From a virus: a DNA stretch of 64,000 bases. The translations under genes and the position numbers were made by a program. Below the pieces are notes generated by a model. That model did no database searches and was not told where the DNA came from. It was given only the letters and a program-made list of their open reading frames with translations. Positions 49,191-58,957 of this stretch are shown piece by piece. The stretch covers positions 1 to 64,000 of IMG/VR virus record IMGVR_UViG_3300035661_000053; one strand, given 5' to 3'. Within the stretch, counting starts at the first letter, position 1. Each line of letters opens with the position of its first letter.

Positions 49191-49564
49191 TATAGCGCGT
49201 CGCCTGATTCTCTAAGAATCCTCGCGAGTGACTGTGGTACCTTGTGAATTTTTTTCTCATGCAAGAAGCGAACGACACCCGCATAAAAATGACGGCCAAC
49301 ATCTTTTTTCATGAGAATAGCTTCCATAGGTTCTCCGTCTGTGAAATCGTCCACGGAAGCTTCCTGGACATCAGGAATCTTATCTTGTTTAGATTCAATA
49401 ACAGTTGCTACTTCTGGGGTGACAACCTCCTCTGAAACAGCGTCTTCTTGTACTTCAGGAGCATCGTCCTGAGTGGTAAGAGTTCCGTCTTCCAGCTGAA
49501 CATCATCGGTAAGTTCTTTTCCCACGGCGTATTTCCCGTCTTTTCCATTCTTATCTTTACCCAT
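49190..49564 (-). CDS. Hypothetical capsid-associated protein
   Basis: Follows the MCP; acidic N-half; KVPQSLARIL C-terminus. Confidence 0.65.
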   Translation of the reverse strand: MGKDKNGKDGKYAVGKELTDDVQLEDGTLTTQDDAPEVQEDAVSEEVVTPEVATVIESKQDKIPDVQEASVDDFTDGEPMEAILMKKDVGRHFYAGVVRFLHEKKIHKVPQSLARILRESGDAL

Positions 49565-49611
49565 TGTGGTAATCCTTTATGTTATTCTTGTAATAAAAAT
49601 ATTGTGTTAAA

Positions 49612-49666
49612 TAAAAAAGGTGCTCCTTGTGGCTACCTTGCTTACAGGTAAACACAAGTAGCACCT
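49612..49666 (-). terminator. Long hairpin terminator
   Basis: AGGTGCT/AGCACCT, CTTGTG/CACAAG, TACCT/AGGTA nested stems followed by TTTTTT. Confidence 0.8.
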
Positions 49667-49850
49667 TAAAAGTCAGGGGTGCAGTCCCGAAGTGGCTTCA
49701 CCCCCTCCTTGCGGATTATGCCCTCAGCACTGAGCATCAGGCAGTCCTCCTTCCAAAGGTTCGGAGAGTCTGACCACGAAGTCCCACTCTCCTCTCCTAC
49801 ACGGAACCAGAACCAACAGCCGAACTGACGAATCCGGTTCAATGTGTTGA
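49667..49850 (-). ncRNA. Candidate structured ncRNA downstream of the MCP gene
   Basis: GC-rich; stems GAACCGGA/TCTGGTTC, GGAGAGT/ACTCTCC, CTCAG/CTGAG, TCC-GCAA-GGA, GGGGTG/CACCCC; TTCG-containing loops. Confidence 0.55.
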
Positions 49851-49855
49851 ATAGC

Positions 49856-50887
49856 TTACGCTGTTTCTATAACAATAATTTCCTCATTGTTAATTTTCCC
49901 GGCACCTTGAATTGTATAATACGCGATCGCGCGTTTACGACCAAAGGATGAATAGGAAGGGTCTTCCCGGAGTTCAACCTCATACGCGATAGCCCAACCA
50001 TAAGCGCGAGCCGAAATAAGAGCCGCCTTGTAAATAAACGGGGTGCTGAGTGATCCAGTTGCAGCCTTGTTCAGAGCGGCAGCATAGCTTGAGTCAGTAG
50101 GGTCAGCAGCTCCGTTAGGAGTGTTGGTAGTCTCGATGAAGCGTACTCCATTGTACTCCCCTATCTCGCCCTTGAATATCATTTCAGGATAAGCATATTG
50201 TTTAATAGAGTTAAGAGCATTTTTAAGAGCACGAGCCTGATGAGGATGAACAAAGCAAATGTAGAACTCCCCGTTCGCATCAGCAAACTTGAGCACATTT
50301 GCAGTATTCATTTGCTCAACAGCGGTATCAATATCATCCAGTGACAAGGTATTGACGACAGCATTTCTGTTCGCCGCTTTGTTAGCATAGATAACCTGTG
50401 TGCCAGAGAAAACGGCATCACGAAGCATATCATCAGTAACACGAGCATAGTCACGACCGAGGGAGATAGACGCGATGCTCATCTCATCCATGAAGGACAA
50501 AGAAAGCATTTTGCCTGTAACGCCTGCGGCGTTCATGTACTCCGTAACCTGAATAGGAACGGTAGTTTTGCTAAGTGACTTGATGACAACATCAGAATCT
50601 TCAGCAATTGCACCGCCACGGGCGAGGTTATTGTACTTGCTGAACACAATAGTGTCGCCGGGCTGCGCGATAAGGTCTTTTTTCAAAACAGCAAACTGAT
50701 CATACTTCAATGCAGGAGCAGCACTAAATAGGAGCTCATTCGTGTGCACCTTCAGGATGTTAGCTGGAATACCGGTCATGTTATTTCCATCAGCGGTAGC
50801 CGTGTAACCCTGACGCATTGCAGGAGCCACCATTTTCATGAAGAGTTTTTCAGCACTTTTTCCGTGCTTCTTAGAAATCAAGGACAT
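49856..50887 (-). CDS. Major capsid protein (N4-gp56-like family)
   Basis: QFA......G.TI.F.KY, YICFVHP, GEIGEYNGVRFIETT, FGRKRAIAYY. Confidence 0.9.
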   Translation of the reverse strand: MSLISKKHGKSAEKLFMKMVAPAMRQGYTATADGNNMTGIPANILKVHTNELLFSAAPALKYDQFAVLKKDLIAQPGDTIVFSKYNNLARGGAIAEDSDVVIKSLSKTTVPIQVTEYMNAAGVTGKMLSLSFMDEMSIASISLGRDYARVTDDMLRDAVFSGTQVIYANKAANRNAVVNTLSLDDIDTAVEQMNTANVLKFADANGEFYICFVHPHQARALKNALNSIKQYAYPEMIFKGEIGEYNGVRFIETTNTPNGAADPTDSSYAAALNKAATGSLSTPFIYKAALISARAYGWAIAYEVELREDPSYSSFGRKRAIAYYTIQGAGKINNEEIIVIETA

Positions 50888-51006
50888 GTTATTTTCCTTT
50901 AAGTTATTTTAAGATGTTATAGATATTTTTTAGTAGCTATAACTTAAAGGACATTGAAATTTAGCGTGAATACTTTACTATGAACAGTTTTGCTAATTTT
51001 AAGTTT

Positions 51007-51777
51007 TTAATTCTGTTTTAATTTTGCTCGTTCTGCTTCGTATACCTTGCTGAGCTCAGACTGCTTGCGTTGCTGATAATCGAAGCCATTACGCAGTTTG
51101 CTAATGTCGAGCCGCTCAATGACCACAGGTGCTGGAGGTTCTTCACCACCTGGTACCTTTACTTCTGGGGCAATTTTCAAATTCGAACGTATGGTTGCCT
51201 CCATTTCAGAGTAACGGCTTTTCGCATTTTCAGCACTTGCCATAATTTCGGCTTCCGTATTTCCCTGAATAAGTTCTGGGAATATTTTTCCCTGCGCCTG
51301 CGCGATAACCGTCTGCTTCAAGGTCTCCAATTTCTGCTGATCAAATGCCTTCTTAAGATTTTCGTTCTCAATTTTTGTTTCCGTGAAGGCATCCTCTAGA
51401 GCAGCAAGTTTCGCGTTCATTTCTCTGGTAGAAGCTTCAATAGCTTCAGACGTTTTCTTGTCGAGCCCTTCTGTCTTCTTCTGTACCTCATACGCGTTAA
51501 GCTTTTCAGCAAGGTCTTTCTTTTCCTGCTCAAGAGCTGCTACCTTAGCATCAGACTCATTCTTTTTTTGAGCGAGATTGTCTCGTTCTGCTTGAGCAGC
51601 CTGCGCTTCCTGTTGAGCCTTCTCAATATCAGTATGCAACTGAGATTTTGTCTGCGTTGCCGCTGTCTTCATTGCCTCCGTTGCGAGGTTGCGCACCTTT
51701 ACGAGGTCCTCAGGTGTTACTTTCTCATCATCATACGAGTAATCAATACCTGCAATTTTTTCTGTCTTGATAGCCAT
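51007..51777 (-). CDS. Capsid scaffolding protein
   Basis: Coiled coil; PELIQGNTEAEI; directly upstream of the MCP. Confidence 0.8.
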   Translation of the reverse strand: MAIKTEKIAGIDYSYDDEKVTPEDLVKVRNLATEAMKTAATQTKSQLHTDIEKAQQEAQAAQAERDNLAQKKNESDAKVAALEQEKKDLAEKLNAYEVQKKTEGLDKKTSEAIEASTREMNAKLAALEDAFTETKIENENLKKAFDQQKLETLKQTVIAQAQGKIFPELIQGNTEAEIMASAENAKSRYSEMEATIRSNLKIAPEVKVPGGEEPPAPVVIERLDISKLRNGFDYQQRKQSELSKVYEAERAKLKQN

Positions 51778-51837
51778 GTTACTTTTCCTGCGAATTTTAA
51801 GTTATTGAATGATTGTTTAGATTAAAAATATTCTACA

Positions 51838-51880
51838 AATAAAAAAAGGTGTGCATTAATGCAATCATCAATGCACGCCC
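51838..51880 (-). terminator. Intrinsic terminator
   Basis: GGCGTGCATT...AATGCACACC followed by a T-run. Confidence 0.7.
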
Positions 51881-51888
51881 AAGAAGAA

Positions 51889-52104
51889 TCAGGAAACACC
51901 GAGATTCTGGGAAGTACCTGCTGGTTGCTTGTTGTATGGCGTAGGAATTGCCCGGAGATCATCATTTTTTCCCTGCGGCATAGATTTCGTGGGAACACTT
52001 GCTAAATTGTTTTTCGTAACACCGCCGGTTACAGTTCTTGCTGCACCAACTGCATTAGGCGTGCCAGTTTCCTGAACCTTAAAAACTGAAAAATCTTTCT
52101 CCAT
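51889..52104 (-). CDS. Small low-complexity protein, possibly virion-internal
   Basis: 71 aa; AAAGGA RBS; own terminator. Confidence 0.65.
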   Translation of the reverse strand: MEKDFSVFKVQETGTPNAVGAARTVTGGVTKNNLASVPTKSMPQGKNDDLRAIPTPYNKQPAGTSQNLGVS

Positions 52105-52211
52105 GACTTGTCCTTTTTATTTGAGTTGTTAATATTTTCAAAGCAATAATAAGCTATAAAGTTTTATTAACGCAAATAAAAAAATAGCTTACATAATTTT
52201 AAGCGCATGCC

Positions 52212-53891
52212 CTACTTCATCATGTTCTTCATCGCGTTATCATAAGTTTGCTGACTATGCACATCAGGATTTGTATTCATATTGGGTTCCTGCGTTTTTC
52301 TTGTTGCATTCGTGACAACAGTGTCACCCGCGAGAGAAGCCGCTTGTGCCATATCGTCACGAATTTCTTTTTCAATTTCCTTAGACTCAATATCAGTGAT
52401 ACCAATGTATGCACGAGCATAACGAGTAGACCACAAGCCTCCCGCAACCATATTTATCGCCATGTCAGCATCTAACTTTTCATCTCTTGGCATGGGGTTC
52501 TGCCACGTGATATAAGACTCGTATAACTCCGTGGGTATATCGTCATCTTGTATCATAGCAAGAGAATCATACTGAGTAAGATTGTCTTCTTCTATTGGAC
52601 TTTCAAAAGGATAATTCTGTTTTCTCGTTATCTCATCATAATTGCTGTAAGCTTTATTGAATTGGTCAAGAGCCTCTTTTATTATAGCTCCCGGCTTTAG
52701 TGTACCCTTCAAAAAAGCAATTTTCAGAATTGTCTTATTCATTTCAAGAAAGCCTGCCCCGTAAGTAATTCTCTTTTGCTCCATGACTTCAATCATGGGC
52801 ATATACTGAAGAGCCACCGCGATACCTGCCGTGTTAGAGATACTCGTGGGATTGCGCACTGCAATGGAAGGTATTCTTGCTTGCGAAAGAATAGCTTCTT
52901 CGAGTCTTGCAAGATGCGCAGACGCCGCTTCGAGATCAGAGTTAAGCATGAGGTTATTTATCGTTGCTCCCGCGGGTAACGACCACACGCGATTAGCCCC
53001 CCTTTGCAGGTCAGAGGCTTTTGCACCAATAATCACAGTTACGGGAGAAGCGTGATACTCGATAGTTTGCTGGATATTCTGGAGGGCTTCATCGTATTTC
53101 TTGCTGAGATCATTTGAACCAACGAGATCAGAGACACCAAAATAATCAAAAGCGAGGGGACTGTTCCTGAAATGCACAATAGGAATATTTGGTAGCACGT
53201 AACTCTCTGGGTCACTTGCAGGTTTATCCTCCATCAATTGCTGTCTCGCTCCAGGAGTATAGTAATACCCCGTTTGCAATTCCCCGTATTCAGAAAAACC
53301 AAAATTTGCTTTCGTGACAATTTCCTCGGTACCATAATAGAGGAAAGAGTGTAATTTGCCACGATCTAAAATGGGAAAGCATTTCAAGGGGTTCAGCAAT
53401 TCAAACAAAACGTCCTTCTGGTCTTCAAGTATCAATATCCAACCATCACCAGTGATACCTCCAACAAGACCGAGCTCCAAACCCAATTCATTATTTTCAC
53501 GATTGCCGAGTTTGTTTCTCTTGTACTGCCTTTGTAACCAGCGTTCTGTCGAGGGAAAATCCGTCGCCACGAGGAAACCTTTATTCATGAGGAAAGCAAG
53601 ATGCTTGTCAACAATAATTTTAGAGTAATTCTTCTCAATAAACCTGTTTTTGTACGTGACACCTCGAGCCTCTATCTGATTCCAATGATGCCCTATATAC
53701 ATGTTAAAATTTTCCACGTACGAGTTGAGCCGTTGTTGGTGTCGTTGCACGAGTTGCTGATATAGAGTTTTTGAAACCTCCGTGTCAACCTCCATATTCT
53801 GTGCCTTCATAAACGTGGAATTACGGAAATCAAAACCACGACTCATGACATTTGGGTAATCGGTTAGTCTCTTAGCTAAACCTCTTAGCAT
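52212..53891 (-). CDS. Portal protein (SPP1 gp6-like)
   Basis: Follows the terminase; IPIVHFRN, GVSDL, SNTAGIAVALQY. Confidence 0.9.
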   Translation of the reverse strand: MLRGLAKRLTDYPNVMSRGFDFRNSTFMKAQNMEVDTEVSKTLYQQLVQRHQQRLNSYVENFNMYIGHHWNQIEARGVTYKNRFIEKNYSKIIVDKHLAFLMNKGFLVATDFPSTERWLQRQYKRNKLGNRENNELGLELGLVGGITGDGWILILEDQKDVLFELLNPLKCFPILDRGKLHSFLYYGTEEIVTKANFGFSEYGELQTGYYYTPGARQQLMEDKPASDPESYVLPNIPIVHFRNSPLAFDYFGVSDLVGSNDLSKKYDEALQNIQQTIEYHASPVTVIIGAKASDLQRGANRVWSLPAGATINNLMLNSDLEAASAHLARLEEAILSQARIPSIAVRNPTSISNTAGIAVALQYMPMIEVMEQKRITYGAGFLEMNKTILKIAFLKGTLKPGAIIKEALDQFNKAYSNYDEITRKQNYPFESPIEEDNLTQYDSLAMIQDDDIPTELYESYITWQNPMPRDEKLDADMAINMVAGGLWSTRYARAYIGITDIESKEIEKEIRDDMAQAASLAGDTVVTNATRKTQEPNMNTNPDVHSQQTYDNAMKNMMK

Positions 53892-53894
53892 CTT

Positions 53895-55541
53895 TTATCT
53901 CCAAAAATTTTTATCAAATTGGCTTACGGAATATATGGAATCTTGTGTCTCTAAAGCTATATCATCTATTTTTGTCTCAACACCATACACTGCCAAAGCA
54001 AGTGAATCAGGGTAGTCATCATGACCCTGCTCGGATGAATGATTCACTACAAGATAACCGTTCTTCACATTCTTTGTCATATTTGAAAGTTGTGTTATAA
54101 AATTTTTCCATTTCCGCAATTGCTTCGCGCCTGAAGAATTTGGAAAGGTTAACCTTTTGGCAAGAAGCTCCTTATACAACAACGAGTACATGGTTGACTT
54201 TGACTGCGTGCTGAAAACAAAAGGCATCACATTTTTCGAGCTATACTTATTCTTCAGCCTGTCAAACATGGGAGCACCAACACCCGTGGCATCAACAACA
54301 AGGGTGTCCCATTTATAGTTATCTATGAATTCACAAATTTGATAGAACTGCGCGTCATAATCGTCACCACTAAGCTCCAACCAGTTCTTTATTTTTTTAT
54401 CATGGCGCAAAAGCCTGCTATCAGAGTCAATGAGTATAGGGTTATCCCAATCAACCTCCAGAACAGTTACGACAGTGCTATCAAACTTTTTAGCAATGTC
54501 AACACCGATAACGTGTACTTTTTTGCGATCAAAAGGGGCAGTATAAAAGTCGCCACCTAAAGAAAGCAAGTACTCCTCGGTAACAAACATACCAGACTCG
54601 ATGAGCCATTTCAAACAGTAGCTCATTTGAAACTCATCAGAAAATTCACCAAGCTTTTCTTTTTCCTTCTCCACGTACCTGCGATAATACTTGTTGTATT
54701 TCCCGGCGAGAATATAATCAACCTCGTAATGATTCTTATGCGCGCGCTTTTTATTCATATCCTTGTCTTTATTCATTTTTATGATGTCATAAAAATAAGA
54801 CTTCTCAGTATGCACAGAGCCAAGATGTACAGTAGTTCCCAATGTTGAAGAGAGCATGGGTGAAATGGATTTCTTCAATATCGTGTCATTCATCAATTGA
54901 GTTTCATCAGTAACAACCAAATGATACGTGTCACCTTCAATAGCAACACGGGGGTCTGCGGATTTTACTTTGATAATAGAATTGTGCGGGAGCGCGGACA
55001 AATAATAGCTAAGCCTTTCTGGAAAACGCATACCAATATCAGGGTCAGAAAGTATTTCCCGTGCCTCATCCCTCTTGAAGATATTATTCACCTTGTTGCC
55101 GATAATAGCTGAACGGTCATAGTCAGGGGCGTACACGCCCGTGAAGAATCCCTTTTCAAATCTTATTATATGTGTTCTGATTTCCTGCTCACGAAATAAC
55201 CTTCCCAAAATAGGGAAAAGAACACTCATGGCGACTATTAAGCCGGATATGCCTGTACTTTTGCCGGACTGCCGAGAGAACAATTGCGTGATAGTTTCGC
55301 CATCAGCAATAATCAAAGAGTAAAGAATCCTTTGGTTAACCTCACGTTGATAGGGGTAAAAAGGAAAACCTTGAAGCAACTCCGCGAATTTTATAATAGC
55401 GTCAACTATCTTTTGCATGGTTAAGCGATCAAGCTTTAAGGCATTAATTTTCGCCTTATCAAGTATCTCCTCATCACTCAATTTTTGAGAAAAGGAGGAT
55501 TCCATTTTCTGCGCGTCAGGTGTTTTTGATGTTTTAGCCAT
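53895..55541 (-). CDS. Terminase large subunit
   Basis: SRQSGKS, VVTDE, GVDIAK..DSTV, DATGVG, HDDYPDS. Confidence 0.93.
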   Translation of the reverse strand: MAKTSKTPDAQKMESSFSQKLSDEEILDKAKINALKLDRLTMQKIVDAIIKFAELLQGFPFYPYQREVNQRILYSLIIADGETITQLFSRQSGKSTGISGLIVAMSVLFPILGRLFREQEIRTHIIRFEKGFFTGVYAPDYDRSAIIGNKVNNIFKRDEAREILSDPDIGMRFPERLSYYLSALPHNSIIKVKSADPRVAIEGDTYHLVVTDETQLMNDTILKKSISPMLSSTLGTTVHLGSVHTEKSYFYDIIKMNKDKDMNKKRAHKNHYEVDYILAGKYNKYYRRYVEKEKEKLGEFSDEFQMSYCLKWLIESGMFVTEEYLLSLGGDFYTAPFDRKKVHVIGVDIAKKFDSTVVTVLEVDWDNPILIDSDSRLLRHDKKIKNWLELSGDDYDAQFYQICEFIDNYKWDTLVVDATGVGAPMFDRLKNKYSSKNVMPFVFSTQSKSTMYSLLYKELLAKRLTFPNSSGAKQLRKWKNFITQLSNMTKNVKNGYLVVNHSSEQGHDDYPDSLALAVYGVETKIDDIALETQDSIYSVSQFDKNFWR

Positions 55542-55556
55542 TATTTTATTTTTTTG

Positions 55557-55799
55557 TTATATATAAATATAACAAAATTTCTGTAGAACTGGATACTGAT
55601 TTATCGTGTCATAGTATTTTTTATGCTCCAAGCATTCCCTTTTCAAAAGAAAGTTCACGTCATCAATTTCACAACCGAGGACACCCACGGAACCCTGAAC
55701 GTAATCCACCTTCTCCAAAATAGCATGGTCTTTCTTCTTGGGATGTCTGAGGAGTTTTCTACCTCGGCAATTCTCTTGTGATTTTATCATTAGCATCAT
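55557..55799 (-). CDS. Hypothetical protein
   Basis: 80-aa ORF upstream of the terminase. Confidence 0.45.
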   Translation of the reverse strand: MMLMIKSQENCRGRKLLRHPKKKDHAILEKVDYVQGSVGVLGCEIDDVNFLLKRECLEHKKYYDTINQYPVLQKFCYIYI

Positions 55800-55873
55800 T
55801 CGTTATTGCTGCGGGGTAAATTGTTGCGAAATGTATTCGCTTATTTAATCCCTAAATTTAGTCTCAAATACCT

Positions 55874-56356
55874 TCAGAAACGTCGGCGAAGCCTCTGATT
55901 TTTTCGGCAGAAAAAATCAGACCTCAAAACCATGTTTTCAGCATTAATACGTAGTATTAATGCGTTATTATTATTATAAGTAATTAATAGTTGCAGGTTT
56001 CCCGTAAACGGAAAACCCGTTTACGGCTTATGTTTTTCATGTTGTGGAACCTCGAAAATTGTATAGTTATAACCGTTGAATTTGTTCTGGCTCGTTCTTA
56101 GTTGTTTTCTTTGCATGTAACCGAGATCAATTAATTCATTTATCGCGCTTAGTATACTTTCCCTGCCATCACGGAAATGCTTTTGTAGTTCCGATACATA
56201 GAGTACCCAAGTGTCAGGCAAAGACATACAATAGCAGTGTAGTCCCTTTGCTTTAAGAGAGAGACGGTTATCCCGTAGAGCATGGTTATTAATAATCGAA
56301 AAGCCTTCTGTGTGCTTTACCCGGATAATAGTTTTCCCTTTATTAATTTTTTTCAT
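55874..56356 (-). pseudogene. Winged-HTH phage replication-initiator-like gene with in-frame stop at 56021-56023
   Basis: LRDNRLSLKAKGL..S.P..W...EL...GY domain; frame continues P*TGFPFTGNLQLLITYNNNN. Confidence 0.55.
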
Positions 56357-56541
56357 CTCTTGTTCTCCATAATCCGTGCAAAAACAAGACCACCATTAAG
56401 AACGTGGGTGTATTCTTCAGGTTGATACATTAGGAGAAGAGGAATAAGCTGGAAGTGTAGTTCGTTAATTTCTTTCTGCATAAGATAGCTCCTTTGAAAA
56501 GTGTTAGTGAATTCTTATCGAAGTATGGTTGCTAATATAAT

Positions 56542-56580
56542 AAAAGTCCCTCCCAATCCAAAAGTAGGGAGGGACAAAAA
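56542..56580. terminator. Hairpin, probable terminator
   Basis: GTCCCTCCC...GGGAGGGAC flanked by A-runs. Confidence 0.6.
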
Positions 56581-56932
56581 GGCTTCATTAGAGCCGTTTT
56601 AAGCGAGGAAAAGGATTTTTTGGGGTATTTCCTCGCCTGAGCCTTTTTTAGGGGCTTTTTGCCCCATAAATGGTCGTTTTACGGGCATTTAAGAGGGCTA
56701 TTTGAGGTACTTTTTGCCAGATAGACCGGAAAACGTGCCATAACGTGCTTTTTATATAGAAAAATATATATAATTTCTTATTCACGATGCCATCAGATAA
56801 GGAGCAAAAAAACAACCTTGTCTAATGGCTTTGTAGCCCGATAAATTAGCAGCCACAGTAATAACAGCGCAGCCTAAAAGATAAGTTGCTTTGGCATCGT
56901 TTGATGCGCGCTCCGCGATGCCACGCGTTTTA

Positions 56933-57121
56933 TTAGCTATAGAAATAATCATGTCTTTGTTTTCTTTCTTTTGCTTTCTTTCTTCCACGCGCGACTGCTT
57001 CCTTGTTAGCAATTTTTTTGCAATCATTGCAGTATTTACTTTTTACATCACCAGTGCAACTTTTTCTGCATATTGCACATTTGTATTCTACTGACCGATC
57101 AGTTTTCAGAGTAATTTGCAT
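56933..57121 (-). CDS. Small zinc-finger protein
   Basis: CAIC...KYCNDC plus basic tail. Confidence 0.55.
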   Translation of the reverse strand: MQITLKTDRSVEYKCAICRKSCTGDVKSKYCNDCKKIANKEAVARGRKKAKERKQRHDYFYS

Positions 57122-57483
57122 AGAAACCTTAGTATTATTTGGTAGGATATTGAGAACCATTTGTACTGCCATTCCGAGTACATAATTTCTAAAAACCAAG
57201 AGGCGCACTCAAAATAAATGACCCACCATTTCCAAGCACCATTTGAATCATGCATAAAGAAGTCTTGTCCTATATGCAAGTTCCAGAGTGGTATCCAATA
57301 GCAGTACCAAGTGTGATGAGCCCATTTGTAAAATCTATCCCAATCTTTTGGGTCTTTTTGAAAGAGCCTTCCTAAGTCCGGGGTCATAGATATAACACAA
57401 GCAACACCCAGTATAAGAATGTTGCTTGTGAATAGACGAGTTAGCAGGAGTCCTTGTACCCCGTGCTGCGGCGTTGATGCCAT
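57106..57483 (-). CDS. Membrane protein resembling YdjM-type metal-dependent hydrolases
   Basis: PDL...HH..LH...D..H, Trp-rich. Confidence 0.45.
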   Translation of the reverse strand: MASTPQHGVQGLLLTRLFTSNILILGVACVISMTPDLGRLFQKDPKDWDRFYKWAHHTWYCYWIPLWNLHIGQDFFMHDSNGAWKWWVIYFECASWFLEIMYSEWQYKWFSISYQIILRFLCKLL

Positions 57484-57499
57484 TAGTTTATTGATGCCA

Positions 57500-58342
57500 T
57501 TAGTTTATTGGTGGCGTACTTGATACATCAGGTGGCTTTATCATCGGGGTAGGGGGTGGAGCAGTCGCAGCACCATTTCCTTTTATTTCCACTGGTGAAG
57601 TATTAACTGGATGATGAACCGGTCGTTTCGTGGGTGCGGTTTTTGTTGAGTCAACCTGCATTGCTTGTGGTACGGGTATTTTTTTTGTTTTTACTGGCAT
57701 TGTTGGTGTTCCTTGTAATGGTATTTGACAACCGAGCAATCGCTGAATATTTGTTATATCTGTTTCTGTTTTACGCGTCTGTTTTGTATTGTCATAGATT
57801 GTACAGTGTAATATAGCATTATTTGACAACGATTGCACTACTCTCCAATAATGTCTTGGAAGGAGAATTCGTATGTCACTATAATAATATGTAAGGATGC
57901 AATCTTGGTAGCTTATTCCAGCAATGATCCATAAACTATCAGATTGACTTTCTTGCCGATTTAGAGATTCATCAAGTTTCCATATTATTCGGTTAAGGTT
58001 TGGTGTTAGAGGCACCGCATCGTAGTATTTAAAAGTGCTATTCGTTAAAGCGCATGAGTCTGCAAAATCCTGAATGCCTGCTAAATGACCCCTATCATAG
58101 CCGAGGATTGCGCGGTTTATATTTGCTGCGATGTAAGTATTCGTGTCTACTTGAAAGCCCATAGTATCACGGTTACATGAGTCGCTCGCGTGCCAAAGCT
58201 TGAAGGTTACGAAAACTGGAATTTGGTATTTCCTGTTGTAATAGGATTTGTAGCTGCCCCGGTCGATCACCGTATCATAGGGTGCTTGCGCGAATGCGCT
58301 GAACAGCAAGAGGATTGAGAAAATGAATGTTTGGAGTTTCAT
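57500..58342 (-). CDS. Secreted DNA/RNA non-specific endonuclease (NucA/Serratia type)
   Basis: Signal peptide; YDRGHLA, LNR.IW...E; Pro-rich tail. Confidence 0.85.
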   Translation of the reverse strand: MKLQTFIFSILLLFSAFAQAPYDTVIDRGSYKSYYNRKYQIPVFVTFKLWHASDSCNRDTMGFQVDTNTYIAANINRAILGYDRGHLAGIQDFADSCALTNSTFKYYDAVPLTPNLNRIIWKLDESLNRQESQSDSLWIIAGISYQDCILTYYYSDIRILLPRHYWRVVQSLSNNAILHCTIYDNTKQTRKTETDITNIQRLLGCQIPLQGTPTMPVKTKKIPVPQAMQVDSTKTAPTKRPVHHPVNTSPVEIKGNGAATAPPPTPMIKPPDVSSTPPIN

Positions 58343-58385
58343 AGAGTTTCCTTTTATTTATTGAATAAGCTCATTAGAACCAAAA

Positions 58386-58655
58386 TTAAAGATCAAGAAT
58401 TTTCGTGGATACAAACAAGGCATCAAATTTTTCCCGGGTGACAGGTATTTTATCGAGGGTGGAAAAAGTAAGAATGCCTGTCTTCGAAGTAACCTTGTTA
58501 TCATAATGAACAAAAGAGTTTTTAGTTATTGCAAAATAACCTTTTCTTTCGCGCATAACAACAGGATTTTCGTGGAAAGCAACGTTTTTCATAATTGATC
58601 CTAAACATTTTAGTATCGTTTTTTGAATACTTCTGGATTGAAAAAGATTTGGCAT
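58386..58655 (-). CDS. Hypothetical protein
   Basis: 89-aa ORF. Confidence 0.45.
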   Translation of the reverse strand: MPNLFQSRSIQKTILKCLGSIMKNVAFHENPVVMRERKGYFAITKNSFVHYDNKVTSKTGILTFSTLDKIPVTREKFDALFVSTKILDL

Positions 58656-58957
58656 TTTATTTCTTCTTCAATTTTACTAATAGCATCCCGGTGCGCACGT
58701 TTTAACTACAGCACCGTTTTCTTTTTTCTTTTGCTCAAAAGAAGGCGAATCGAGTTTTTCACCGCTATCAAGATGAATAGGCGTGATAGCCTGAAACTCA
58801 AAGTAGACAATTTTCTTTTCATTTCTGCCATATTGCAATTGAGTTTGCTTCATTTTTAATCATCTGCCTTAATGAAAATGTTGCTTAATAATCTGCCGTT
58901 CTTTCTCTTTTAATAAACGTGCAACTTACGAAATCTATTTTTGTAGCAGTTTCATTT

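Noticed and set aside
49667-49850. tRNA, SRP RNA, hammerhead ribozyme or MCP readthrough extension
   Set aside because: No cloverleaf or CCA end, the SRP loop motif does not match, CTGATGC is not the CUGAUGA core, and there is no slippery site at the MCP end.
2980-55541. Stop-codon reassignment
   Set aside because: Core genes are full-length under the standard code, and TAA, TAG and TGA all end genes at sensible positions.
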